Positions 38,771 to 48,722 of a DNA stretch of 64,000 bases are shown here, piece after piece. The stretch comes from an uncultured Pelagibacteraceae bacterium (GTDB lineage: Bacteria > Pseudomonadota > Alphaproteobacteria > Pelagibacterales > Pelagibacteraceae). The translations under genes were made by a program, and so were the position numbers. The notes beneath the pieces were generated by a model. That model saw only the letters and a program-made list of their open reading frames with translations. It ran no database searches and had not been told where the DNA came from. The DNA lies in contig CABZGO010000001.1 of assembly GCA_902525355.1 (NCBI GenBank), positions 2,641-66,640 of the forward strand. Reading direction: 5' to 3'. The stretch's first letter is position 1. Every line of letters begins with the position of its first letter.

Positions 38771-39739
38771 TTAAACAACTTCTGATAAAAGAGGTTTTTG
38801 AGAGAAAAAACATTTTATATTATTTACAGCTAACATACTCATAGCTAGTCGTGTTTCATGTGTCGCACTACCTACATGAGGAAGAACAAAACAATTTTCT
38901 AATTCTAGATATCTCTTGTCAAGATTAGGTTCATTATTAAACACATCTAATCCAGCTCCATAGATTTTTTTATTTTGTAAAGCATCAATCAGAGCATCAT
39001 CATCTACTGTTGATCCTCTCGAAGTATTTATGAAAACTGAATGTTTTGGAAATAGTTTTAAAATTTCTGAATTAATTATATTTTTAGTTTCTGAGGTAGC
39101 AGGAGTATGCAAACTTACATAGTCACAATTTGGTAGCATTGATTTTAAATCAGGGTAATAAATTGCATCTTTTTCTAAATTATCAGCTAACTTATTTCTA
39201 TTGTAATAAACTATTTTCATTTTAAACGCTCTAGCCCTATCTGCAACTATTTGCCCAATCCTTCCCATGCCTATTATACCTAAAGTTTTTCCTGTTATTT
39301 CATTACCGACCATTAGTTTAGTAATGTCTGGTTTATAATCTTTCCAAGTATTTGACTTTACTAGATTGTAAGCCTCTCCAATTCTTCTTGACGATGCTAA
39401 AATTAAAAGGATTGTTATTTCTGCTACAGCATCATTTAATACATTTGGTGTATTTGAAACCTTGATATTTTTTTCTTTAGCTGATTGTGTATGGATATTG
39501 TCATATCCAACCCCAACATGACCAATAATTTTTAATTTTCCTTTTAAATTATCAAAAAAATTTTTGTCTAATTTATCAAAACTTGTTGAGATTAAACCAT
39601 CATACTCATTAGCAAGTTTTATTAATTCCTCATAGTTATAAGGTTTGTCTTCTAAATTAAGAGTTACATCAAATTCTTTTTTTAATATTTCTTCAGCACC
39701 ATCAGAAATTTTTCGAGAAACTAAAATTTTTGGTTTCAT
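38771..39739 (-). CDS. D-2-hydroxyacid dehydrogenase (glyoxylate/hydroxypyruvate reductase-like)
   Basis: VGYDNI, NTPNVL, GIIGMGRIG, INTSRG, GLDVFNNEP, LPHVGSAT. Confidence 0.88.
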   Translation of the reverse strand: MKPKILVSRKISDGAEEILKKEFDVTLNLEDKPYNYEELIKLANEYDGLISTSFDKLDKNFFDNLKGKLKIIGHVGVGYDNIHTQSAKEKNIKVSNTPNVLNDAVAEITILLILASSRRIGEAYNLVKSNTWKDYKPDITKLMVGNEITGKTLGIIGMGRIGQIVADRARAFKMKIVYYNRNKLADNLEKDAIYYPDLKSMLPNCDYVSLHTPATSETKNIINSEILKLFPKHSVFINTSRGSTVDDDALIDALQNKKIYGAGLDVFNNEPNLDKRYLELENCFVLPHVGSATHETRLAMSMLAVNNIKCFFSQKPLLSEVV

Positions 39740-41515
39740 CTAATGAGAGTTTCTTAGAACTCCTTTTGTTTTAGTGATATCTAAATATTGATCTCTTGAC
39801 ATAATACAAGCACCGTCTTCAAGTTGACCAACATTTGATCTAGATATTTCTTGCCACGGTGTTTGATTTGTAAGTTTCTTTATCTTTTTCTTTTTTCTTC
39901 TTTTAATAAATTCAGACTTTGATATTTGAAGATCAACTCTTCTTTTATTCAGATCTATTGTCATTTTATCTCCTGTCTTAACAATAGCTAAATCACCACC
40001 AACTGCAGATTCTGGCGATACATGAAGAATAGATGGGCTTTCAGAGGTACCACTCTGTCTTCCATCTCCAAGAGTTGGAAGTGCATTAATGCCTTTTTTA
40101 AGTAGTCTATCAGGTGGTTGCATATTAACCACCTCAGCAGAACCAGGGTATCCAACAGGTCCACAACCTCTTATTATTAAAATTGAATTTTCATCAATAT
40201 TTAACTTCTTACTATTAATCCTATGGTGATAGTCCTCAGGACCCTCAAAAACTACTGCTTTACCTTTAAAAACATTAGGGTGCTTAGGATTCGACAAATA
40301 TCTTTCTCTAAACTCTTTACTAATCACTGAGGTTTTCATAATTGCTGATGAAAAGAAATTTCCTTTCATAACTAGAAACCCAGCCTTATCAGTCAAATTA
40401 TCTTTAAATGTTTTAATCACATCCCTATCTACATCAATTTTTTTTTTTAAGTTTTGTGCAACTGTTTTACCAGTTACAGTAATTAGGTTTTGGTGAATTT
40501 TATTATTCTTCATTAATTCTTTCATGATTGCTGGTATACCTCCAGCTCTATAAAAACCTTCCATTAAATGTTCACCTGCAGGTTGGCAGTTTGCTAATAA
40601 AGGTATTTTGTGCCCAAGTTTTTGCCAATTAGATAAGTCAAATTTTACACCCATGTGTTTCGCGATAGCAATTAAATGCGTGGTGCAATTACTAGATGCT
40701 CCTATAGCACTTGCAACTATAACTGCATTTTCAAAAGCTTTCTTTGTCATAATTTTTGAAGGAGTTAAATCTTCATGAACCATTTTTACAATTCTCGATC
40801 CAGTCTCAAAAGAAATTTGTTCTCTTTCTCTATAAGGAGCTGGTATTACTGCACAACCTGGTAAAGACATTCCCAATGCCTCAGCAACAGAATTCATTGA
40901 TGAAGCAGTTCCCATTGTATTACAATGACCAGGGCTTGGTGAAGATGCTGCTGCCATATCCATAAATTCTTCGTAATTAATTTCTCCCTTAGCATGCAAT
41001 CTTCTAGCTTCCCAAATAATAGTTCCTGCACCAGCTTTCTTACCTTTATAATTTCCATCAAGCATTGGGCCACCAGACAAAACAATTGCAGGAATATTAA
41101 CTGTTGCAGCTGCCATTAACGCTGCTGGGGTAGTTTTATCACATCCAGTTGTAAGTATCACTCCATCAAGTGGGTATCCGTAAAGTATCTCAACCAATGA
41201 CAAATATGATAAGTTTCTGTCCAACATTGCAGTAGGTTTTTTTCCAGTTTCTTGAATTGGGTGAGTAGGAAATTCCATCGGAATACCACCTGCTCTTCTA
41301 ATTCCATCTTTAATTCTTTTGCTTAAGTCCAAGAAATGTCGGTTACACGGAGATAAATCACTCCCAGATTGCGCTATTCCAATAATTGGATTTCCAGACT
41401 GAAGTTCTTTTCTTGTAAGTCCATAATTTAGGTATCTTTCTAAATACATGGCTGTCATACCTGGATCTTTTGGATCGTCAAACCATTGTTTACTTCTTAA
41501 ATTCTTTTTTTTCAT
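39740..41515 (-). CDS. IlvD/Edd family sugar-acid dehydratase, D-xylonate dehydratase (XylD)-like
   Basis: LRSKQWFD..MYLERYLNYGLT..GSDLSPCNRH, GCDKT, GHCNTMGTA, GDGRQSGTS. Confidence 0.85.
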   Translation of the reverse strand: MKKKNLRSKQWFDDPKDPGMTAMYLERYLNYGLTRKELQSGNPIIGIAQSGSDLSPCNRHFLDLSKRIKDGIRRAGGIPMEFPTHPIQETGKKPTAMLDRNLSYLSLVEILYGYPLDGVILTTGCDKTTPAALMAAATVNIPAIVLSGGPMLDGNYKGKKAGAGTIIWEARRLHAKGEINYEEFMDMAAASSPSPGHCNTMGTASSMNSVAEALGMSLPGCAVIPAPYREREQISFETGSRIVKMVHEDLTPSKIMTKKAFENAVIVASAIGASSNCTTHLIAIAKHMGVKFDLSNWQKLGHKIPLLANCQPAGEHLMEGFYRAGGIPAIMKELMKNNKIHQNLITVTGKTVAQNLKKKIDVDRDVIKTFKDNLTDKAGFLVMKGNFFSSAIMKTSVISKEFRERYLSNPKHPNVFKGKAVVFEGPEDYHHRINSKKLNIDENSILIIRGCGPVGYPGSAEVVNMQPPDRLLKKGINALPTLGDGRQSGTSESPSILHVSPESAVGGDLAIVKTGDKMTIDLNKRRVDLQISKSEFIKRRKKKKIKKLTNQTPWQEISRSNVGQLEDGACIMSRDQYLDITKTKGVLRNSH

Positions 41516-41562
41516 AAAATAATAAAATATATTATATTGATATATAAAACTTAAATTAAAAA

Positions 41563-43068
41563 ATGAATAGTCTAATTGTACTCAATAAAAATGATAATGT
41601 TGGTGTAAGTCAATTTATTATACCAGAAAAAACGAAAATTAATGGTCAAGAGATAAGTACTATTGATCCTATCCCGTTTGGACACAAAGTTTGTTTAAAG
41701 TCTATAAACAAAGGTGATCCTATAATTAAGTATGATCAAATAATTGGATTTGCATCAAAGAATATTACTGCTGGAGAACATGTTCATTCTCATAATTTAG
41801 AATTCAAAGAATTTGATAGGAAATTCAATGTAAAAGGTAAAAAAACAATCGTTGATGAAAAAGTTGATACCTATTTCAATGGAATTTTAAGAGACAACGA
41901 TCAAGTAGCTACCAGAAATTATATAGGAATTGTTAGTACAGTTAATTGTTCAGCAACTGTTACCAAGATGATTGTTGAAAAAATAAAATATTCTAGCATT
42001 CTTAATGATTATCCTAATATTGATGGCATAGTCCCGATTACTCACTCAACTGGATGTGGAATGAATACTATGAGCGAAGGAATGCAAATGTTTCAAAGAA
42101 CAATTGATGGTTTTAAGAACCATCCAAATTTTTCCCATGTATTTGTAATTGGATTAGGTTGTGAGTGTGCACAAGTAAGTTTATTTGACGATTCTTTAAA
42201 AAAACATAATAGAATTCACTTTCTAACAATTCAAGATGAGGGTGGCACTAAAAAAATTGTAGAAAAAGTTTTATCACAAATAAAAAATCTGTTACCTGAG
42301 GCTAATAAGATAAAGAGATTACCTCAATCTGTTAGTCATTTAACTTTAGCTCTTCAATGTGGAGGCTCAGATGGCTACTCTGGTATAACAGCAAATCCAG
42401 CTTTAGGTGTTGCTGCTGATTTATTAGTTAAAAAAGGTGGTAGTTCAATATTATCTGAAACCCCTGAAATTTATGGGGCTGAACATCTTTTGATTAATAG
42501 AGCAAATAGCCAAGAAACTGCAAACAAGTTAATGAAAAGATTAAAATGGTGGAAGAATTACACTTCAATTAATAACAGCACCATGGATAACAATCCTGCT
42601 CCTGGAAATAAACGAGGTGGTTTAACTACAATACTTGAAAAATCATTAGGTGCAGTTGCAAAAGGTGGTAAATCAATACTAGAGGATGTTCTTGAATACG
42701 CAGAACCACTCAAAAATAAAGGTTTTAACTTTATGGATTCTCCAGGATATGACCCTGTATCTGTGACAGGTCAAGTAGCTTCAGGCGCAAATGTAATTTG
42801 CTTTACAACCGGAAGAGGTTCATGTTTTGGATGCAAACCAGTTCCAAGTTTAAAATTATCAACAAATACCGCTATGTATGAAAAAATGGAAGAAGATATG
42901 GATATAAATTGTGGGACTATTGCAGAAGGTAAAGAAGATGTTGAAAAAGTTGGTAAAAAAATATTTGATCTAGTTGTAAATACTGCCTCAGGAAATAAAT
43001 CAAAAAGTGAAATTAATGGCTACGGTGACGAGGAATTTAATCCTTGGCAAGTAGGCGTGGTAATGTAA
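41563..43068 (+). CDS. UxaA/GarD family dehydratase (altronate/galactarate-type)
   Basis: N-terminal SAF domain (PFGHK, GEHVHSHN); TVNCS, HSTGCG, QCGGSDG, EKSLG, FTTGRG. Confidence 0.88.
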   Translation: MNSLIVLNKNDNVGVSQFIIPEKTKINGQEISTIDPIPFGHKVCLKSINKGDPIIKYDQIIGFASKNITAGEHVHSHNLEFKEFDRKFNVKGKKTIVDEKVDTYFNGILRDNDQVATRNYIGIVSTVNCSATVTKMIVEKIKYSSILNDYPNIDGIVPITHSTGCGMNTMSEGMQMFQRTIDGFKNHPNFSHVFVIGLGCECAQVSLFDDSLKKHNRIHFLTIQDEGGTKKIVEKVLSQIKNLLPEANKIKRLPQSVSHLTLALQCGGSDGYSGITANPALGVAADLLVKKGGSSILSETPEIYGAEHLLINRANSQETANKLMKRLKWWKNYTSINNSTMDNNPAPGNKRGGLTTILEKSLGAVAKGGKSILEDVLEYAEPLKNKGFNFMDSPGYDPVSVTGQVASGANVICFTTGRGSCFGCKPVPSLKLSTNTAMYEKMEEDMDINCGTIAEGKEDVEKVGKKIFDLVVNTASGNKSKSEINGYGDEEFNPWQVGVVM

Positions 43069-43096
43069 TTTTTTGAAAATATTTTCATAAAATTTC

Positions 43097-43981
43097 ATGC
43101 CAGAAAATCAAAAAGCTTCTTTAATTAAAGTAATTTTTCTTTCTGCTTCTGGTTTTTTTTTATTTGTGTGCATGGACTCAACTGCTAAATACTTGGGAAA
43201 TGTAATGCCTGTTACACAAGCCGTTTGGGGTCGTTTTTTTTTTCACTTTGTAGCACTTTGTGTTTATTTTTTAATCTTTAAACCAAAACTAAATTTATCA
43301 AGAAATTTTAAAATTCAAATTATCAGATCATTTTTAATGGTAACCGCAACATTTTTCATGTTTAACTCGTTACAAAGATTTGACTTAGTCGATATTTATG
43401 TTGTGTTTTTTAGTGCACCTCTAATTGTGTCACTTTTATCAGCATATTTTTTAAAAGATATTTTATCCCCTAAAGGTATCATCTTAATGTTGCTAAGTTT
43501 TGGATCAATTATTTATGCTTTAGGGCCTAGTATGAAAATACTATCGCCGGAATTAATTTTCCCCATTGTACCACCAGTATGCTGGGCACTTTATCAATTC
43601 TTTACAAAACTTATTTCTGGAAATAATGAGCCATTTACAGCAGTTTTCTATACTGCAGTTACTGGAGCCCTGATATTTACAATTTATATTTCATTTAATT
43701 GGGTGCCAATAGAAAATAATATTTATTGGATTGGTTTAGTTGCTATGGGAATTTTTGGTTTCGTAAGTCATTTTATAATTATTTATGCAATTCAATTATC
43801 CAATTTATCATTTGTCACTAATTTTCAATATTCACAATTGTTATGGTCAACAATAATCAACTTTTTAATTTTTGGGGTCCCAGCAGATATAAGTAAAATA
43901 ATTGGTCTTATTGGAATTATAATTTTTGGAGTTTTGTTTATTAGAGTTGAGGGAACAAAGAAGGTTAAAAAAATTAATTAA
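43097..43981 (+). CDS. EamA/DMT family transporter
   Basis: About 10 TM; MDSTAK, FFSAPL, FQYSQLLW. Confidence 0.85.
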   Translation: MPENQKASLIKVIFLSASGFFLFVCMDSTAKYLGNVMPVTQAVWGRFFFHFVALCVYFLIFKPKLNLSRNFKIQIIRSFLMVTATFFMFNSLQRFDLVDIYVVFFSAPLIVSLLSAYFLKDILSPKGIILMLLSFGSIIYALGPSMKILSPELIFPIVPPVCWALYQFFTKLISGNNEPFTAVFYTAVTGALIFTIYISFNWVPIENNIYWIGLVAMGIFGFVSHFIIIYAIQLSNLSFVTNFQYSQLLWSTIINFLIFGVPADISKIIGLIGIIIFGVLFIRVEGTKKVKKIN

Positions 43982-45014
43982 TTCTTATTTTTTTACCTGA
44001 TTGAGAACTTTTGTTTATTGCATCAAAAATTATTAAAGAATTTAACCCATCCTTACCAGTCACTTTTGGTTTTTCTTTTTTTAAAACTACTCTAGAAAAG
44101 TGATCGATCTGATTAATTAAAGTTTCATTGCTTTTTTGAACTTTAATTTTATTATTAAAAATATTATTCCACCAACTTCTTTCTTTTTTATAGTACCATA
44201 ACCTTAAATTTGGAAATTGAACGGAGCCTCTTGTTCCTCCAATAAAATATGAAGATTGGTCAGTTATTGGATAAGCAGGATTTTCTCCAGCTGTTAATTC
44301 ATAGCTCCATGGTGAAGTTATCGTATCAGATAAATTTAAAGTACATAAAGTTCCAGATTTAAAAAATAAATTTACTGAAGCTGTATCCTCAACCTTATAT
44401 TTCCTAATATTATTTGATTTAAATGCCTGAACATACTTAACAGGACCAAGTAAATAACAAATCATATCAATATCATGAACTAAATTAATACCTAATGGGC
44501 CACCACCTTCTCTTACTCTCCATTTTTCATTAAAATATTTTTTATGTTTATAAAGCCAGCATAAAATATTCGCAGATACAATTTTTCCAAGTTTTTTATT
44601 TTCTATTATTTTTTTAACATTATTAACAATTGAATTATGGCGTCTATGATATCCTATAAGTAATGAAGTTTTATTAGAGCGTGCACTATTAATAATTTTT
44701 TTTGCAGATTTAATACTATCTGAAATCGGCTTCTCTAATAATACAGGAGTTTTAGATTTCAATAATCGAACAGTATCAGTTTCATGTAGAACATTTGGTG
44801 TTGCAATTATCACTGCATCGGGTTTATCTTTTGCTAATAAAATTTTGATATTTTTATAAAGTGGTACATTTAATTTTTTAGATAAATCTATCCCAGTTTT
44901 TTTTATTTCAACAATTGAGTGAAGAGATGCTAATTTTGATTTTTGAATAGCTTTAATATGTTGTAGTCCCATTAAACCTATTCCAACAACAGATATTTTA
45001 ATTTTCTTAGACAC
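43974..45014 (-). CDS. Gfo/Idh/MocA oxidoreductase
   Basis: VVGIGLMG, ATPNVLH, EKP, GYHRRH, INLVHDID; probable GTG start at 45014 (ORF open from 45068). Confidence 0.88.
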   Translation of the reverse strand: MSKKIKISVVGIGLMGLQHIKAIQKSKLASLHSIVEIKKTGIDLSKKLNVPLYKNIKILLAKDKPDAVIIATPNVLHETDTVRLLKSKTPVLLEKPISDSIKSAKKIINSARSNKTSLLIGYHRRHNSIVNNVKKIIENKKLGKIVSANILCWLYKHKKYFNEKWRVREGGGPLGINLVHDIDMICYLLGPVKYVQAFKSNNIRKYKVEDTASVNLFFKSGTLCTLNLSDTITSPWSYELTAGENPAYPITDQSSYFIGGTRGSVQFPNLRLWYYKKERSWWNNIFNNKIKVQKSNETLINQIDHFSRVVLKKEKPKVTGKDGLNSLIIFDAINKSSQSGKKIRIN

Positions 45015-45025
45015 TTTTATAAATT

Positions 45026-45787
45026 TTAAGTGATACCAGCGTCTATAATAAAGTTTTGTTTCGTACATCCTGACGATACATCAGATGAAAGATGAACAAC
45101 TAAACTTGCCACATCATCAGGTTTAAGCTGTCTCTTCAAGCACTGTTTATCAAGAATAAATTTTTTATACTTTGGAGTTAACCAATGCTTTATTTGTCTC
45201 TCAGTAGCAATTGATCCAGGAGTAACTGAGTTGCATCTAATGTTATATTTACCAAATTCTCTTGCAAAAGATCTAGTCAGACCAATAACAGCAGACTTTG
45301 CTGTCTCATAAGCAACTTTATCACCCTCACCCAACATCCATGAAACTGAACTTAAATTTACAATAGCTCCACCTTTATTTTTAATCATTCCTTTTAAAAC
45401 TGCTTTAATTGTAAAGAAAAAATGTTTTAAATTCACATCCATTCTATTATTCCAATATTTTTCATCTACTTGATCTGTGGAGTGTCTGTCATCATTAGCA
45501 GCATTATTTATTAAAATATCGATAGGACCTTTTGATTTAATTATTTTTTGAATGATAGTTTGTAATTTTTTAATATTAATAAGATTACATTCAATAAAAT
45601 GAGGTACTTTAAGACCTTTTTTTTTAAGATCTTTAATTAATTTATTTGAGTCTTTCTTATTGATATCAACAAAATAAACATCACATTCCTGTTCACAAAA
45701 ATGTTCAACTATTGAAGCTCCAATTCCTGATCCACCTCCAGTAATAAAAACTTTTTTGTTTTTTAAGTCAAAATATTTTACTTTCAT
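45026..45787 (-). CDS. SDR aldose dehydrogenase, D-xylose dehydrogenase (XylB)-like
   Basis: ITGGGSGIGA, NNAANDDRH, YWNNRMDVNLKH, YETAK, TERQ, QCLK. Confidence 0.8.
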   Translation of the reverse strand: MKVKYFDLKNKKVFITGGGSGIGASIVEHFCEQECDVYFVDINKKDSNKLIKDLKKKGLKVPHFIECNLINIKKLQTIIQKIIKSKGPIDILINNAANDDRHSTDQVDEKYWNNRMDVNLKHFFFTIKAVLKGMIKNKGGAIVNLSSVSWMLGEGDKVAYETAKSAVIGLTRSFAREFGKYNIRCNSVTPGSIATERQIKHWLTPKYKKFILDKQCLKRQLKPDDVASLVVHLSSDVSSGCTKQNFIIDAGIT

Positions 45788-46882
45788 TTAAATTCTCTCC
45801 TCTGTTTTAGCATCAAACAATGAAATTTGAGTTAAATCAAAGAATAATTTTGTATTTTTTGATAGATCTATTTTTACTGTTGATGGAAACTTAGCTAACA
45901 CCTCTTGATTTTCAAAATTAAAAGTCATTATCTGTTCATGTCCAATATATTCACTTAAATCTGCTTTTAAATTAATCTCAAAATCCTCTTCATTAGACTT
46001 TTTAAAAAATATATGTTCTGGTCTTATTCCAAAAAAAACCTCTTTATTATCTAAATTAGATTTTTCTTTGAAATCATATCCATTTATCGGTATTTCAATA
46101 TTTGATCCATGAGTGACGAATGAAACTTTATTTGAACTTTCTTTTAGATTACCTTTTATTAAATTCATTGATGGAGAGCCTATGAAGTCTGCCACAAAAG
46201 TATTGCTAGGTTTATTATAAATAATTTCAGGTGTATCATTTTGCTGAATTACGCCATGATTCATAATTGCAATATTTGTACCTAAACTCATAGCCTCTGT
46301 TTGATCGTGCGTTACATAAACTACTGTTGTTTTAAGTTGCTGATGAAGTTTTTTAATTTCCCGTCTCATCTCAACTCTTAACTTTGCATCTAAATTTGAT
46401 AAAGGTTCGTCGAATAAAAATATTCTTGGTTCTCTAACTAGTGCTCTGCCTATTGCAACACGCTGTCTTTGTCCACCAGATAATTGTGATGGCTTTCTCT
46501 CTAACAAAGCATCTACTTGTAAAAATTTTGATACTTTTTCTAATTGCTCTTCTATTTTCTCCTTAGAAACTTTAGCTTGTTTAAGACCAAAGATCATATT
46601 TTCACGCACATTCATTGATGGGTACAAAGCATAAGATTGAAATACCATTGCAATATTTCTGTCTTTTGGCTCTACTTTACTTACATTGTAATCATCTATG
46701 TGAACATTTCCCTCATTAATAGTCTCTAATCCTGCAATAATATTTAATAGTGTAGATTTTCCACATCCAGAAGGACCTAAAAGAACTAAGAAATTACCTT
46801 CATCTATCTCTAAATTAATTTTCCTTAAAACCTCAGTTGATCCAAAGTTCTTTGATAATTCTTCAATTTTTAATGTTTTCAT
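45788..46882 (-). CDS. Sugar ABC ATPase (MalK/GtsD-like)
   Basis: GPSGCGKST, VFQSYALYP, LSGGQRQR, DEPLSNLDAKLR, FIGSPSMN. Confidence 0.93.
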   Translation of the reverse strand: MKTLKIEELSKNFGSTEVLRKINLEIDEGNFLVLLGPSGCGKSTLLNIIAGLETINEGNVHIDDYNVSKVEPKDRNIAMVFQSYALYPSMNVRENMIFGLKQAKVSKEKIEEQLEKVSKFLQVDALLERKPSQLSGGQRQRVAIGRALVREPRIFLFDEPLSNLDAKLRVEMRREIKKLHQQLKTTVVYVTHDQTEAMSLGTNIAIMNHGVIQQNDTPEIIYNKPSNTFVADFIGSPSMNLIKGNLKESSNKVSFVTHGSNIEIPINGYDFKEKSNLDNKEVFFGIRPEHIFFKKSNEEDFEINLKADLSEYIGHEQIMTFNFENQEVLAKFPSTVKIDLSKNTKLFFDLTQISLFDAKTEERI

Positions 46883-46884
46883 TT

Positions 46885-47787
46885 TTAACCTTTTACTGCT
46901 CCTGAAGTTAATCCTCTAATAAAATATTTACCTGCTAAGACATATACTATAAGTGTTGGAATTCCTGCAATAATGGCAGATGCCATATCAACATTATATT
47001 CTTTAACACTAGTACTTGATAAAACCATATTGTTTAAAGCAACTTGTATTGGCGCTGCCTCTCCGAATGAAAATGTTGAGCCAAACAAAAAGTCGTTCCA
47101 AATTTGTGTGAATTGCCAAATTATTGTTACTACGATAATTGGTGTTGATACTGGAAGTAAAATTTTAAAAAATATTTTAAAAAATCCTGCTCCATCTATT
47201 CTGGCAGCTTTTACTAATTCGGAAGGAATAGAAACATAAAAATTTCTAAAAAATAAAGTTGTAAATGGAATTCCGTAAACTGTATGAACCAAAACAAGTC
47301 CAATTACAGAATTCGATATTCCTAGAACTCCAAGGGTTCTAGCCATTGGTAATAAGATTGCTTGATAAGGAATAAAACATCCAAATAATAAAAAAAGAAA
47401 AACCCATTTGTCTCCTTTAAATCTCCATTTTGTTAAAACATATCCAGCCATCGCACCAATGAAGGTAGAAAAAAATACTGCAGGAACAACCATTTTAATT
47501 GAATTCCAAAAATATGGTTTTAAGAAAGTATCACCTGCACCATATCCTCTACCTCCCCATGCAACTAACCATGAGTCAAAATTTAATCCACTTGGCCAAG
47601 TTAGAAGAGTACCTTGACGGATTTCTTCCATTGTTTTTAATGAAGTAACAACCATCACATATAATGGAAAAATAAAATAAAATGCAAAAACTACTAGAAC
47701 AAAATATAAAAACCATCTAAGGAACATATTTGTATACTTAGATTTTTGTTCAAGCTGTTTGTATGAAGAGTGTATTTTATCTTGCAT
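46885..47787 (-). CDS. Glucose/mannose-type ABC permease (GtsC-like)
   Basis: ELVKAARIDGAG, WQFTQIWNDFLFG, GLTSGAVKG. Confidence 0.88.
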   Translation of the reverse strand: MQDKIHSSYKQLEQKSKYTNMFLRWFLYFVLVVFAFYFIFPLYVMVVTSLKTMEEIRQGTLLTWPSGLNFDSWLVAWGGRGYGAGDTFLKPYFWNSIKMVVPAVFFSTFIGAMAGYVLTKWRFKGDKWVFLFLLFGCFIPYQAILLPMARTLGVLGISNSVIGLVLVHTVYGIPFTTLFFRNFYVSIPSELVKAARIDGAGFFKIFFKILLPVSTPIIVVTIIWQFTQIWNDFLFGSTFSFGEAAPIQVALNNMVLSSTSVKEYNVDMASAIIAGIPTLIVYVLAGKYFIRGLTSGAVKG

Positions 47788-48652
47788 TTTCTCTCCTAAG
47801 TTCGGAGTATAAATAAGGTATAATTACAGCTGCTACTGCCATAAACATCATCATCGCACTTGCTGCTGACAAACCAACTTGACTTTTGTGGAATGCAGTT
47901 TGTGTCATATATAATGCAGGCATGGTTGTAGATATGCCTGGACCACCCTGGGTTAACGCAACTATAAGATCATAACTTTTAATTGAAATATGAACCAAAA
48001 TTACAAAACTTGTAAAAAAAACTGGTCTCATCATTGGAAGTAGAATTTTCCAATAAACCGTAAATAAATTTGCACCATCTATTTTAGCTGCTTTAACTAT
48101 TTCATCTTCGACTGATCTCAATCCAGCTAGAAATAACGCCATTACAAATCCAGCAGATTGCCAGACACCTGCAATGACAATGGTGTATATGGCCATTTCT
48201 CGATTGACCAACCAATCGAATGTAAAGTTTTCAAATCCCCAATCGATAAACATTTTTTGGATACCAAGGGTTGGGTTTAAAATCCATTTCCATGCTGTTC
48301 CAGTGACTATGAAAGACAAAGCCATGGGATATAAGTAAATTGTTCTAAGGACACCTTCAGCCCTAATTTTTTGATCTAGAAATATTGCAAGAATAATTCC
48401 AATCACAACACAAAAAATTAAGAATAAAGCAGTGAAAATAAGAAGATTATCTACTGCAATAAGCCATTTTCTAGAACCCCAAAGTTTAACATATTGACCT
48501 ACTCCCCAAAGTTCATACTTGGGCAAGATTTTAGAATTTGTAAAAGATATATATAAGGTCCAAAGTACAAAACCATAGACAAACCAACCAATTAATCCAA
48601 CAGCTGGAGCCATTACGATTTTTGGAAGGTTTTTTTCTAACCACTTGAGCAT
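47777..48652 (-). CDS. Glucose/mannose-type ABC permease (GtsB-like)
   Basis: LDQKIRAEG, YLYPMALSFIVTG, KAAKIDGA, PYLYSELR. Confidence 0.88.
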   Translation of the reverse strand: MLKWLEKNLPKIVMAPAVGLIGWFVYGFVLWTLYISFTNSKILPKYELWGVGQYVKLWGSRKWLIAVDNLLIFTALFLIFCVVIGIILAIFLDQKIRAEGVLRTIYLYPMALSFIVTGTAWKWILNPTLGIQKMFIDWGFENFTFDWLVNREMAIYTIVIAGVWQSAGFVMALFLAGLRSVEDEIVKAAKIDGANLFTVYWKILLPMMRPVFFTSFVILVHISIKSYDLIVALTQGGPGISTTMPALYMTQTAFHKSQVGLSAASAMMMFMAVAAVIIPYLYSELRRENAR

Positions 48653-48683
48653 TATAAATATTTTCTAATTTTGATTAAAAAAA

Positions 48684-48710
48684 AAGGCCACCTAAACTTT
48701 AGGTGGCCTT
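48684..48710 (-). terminator. Rho-independent terminator after glucose-type SBP
   Basis: aaggccacctaaa-c-tttaggtggcctt followed by a U-tract on the minus strand. Confidence 0.8.
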
Positions 48711-48722
48711 AATTTTTGTATT

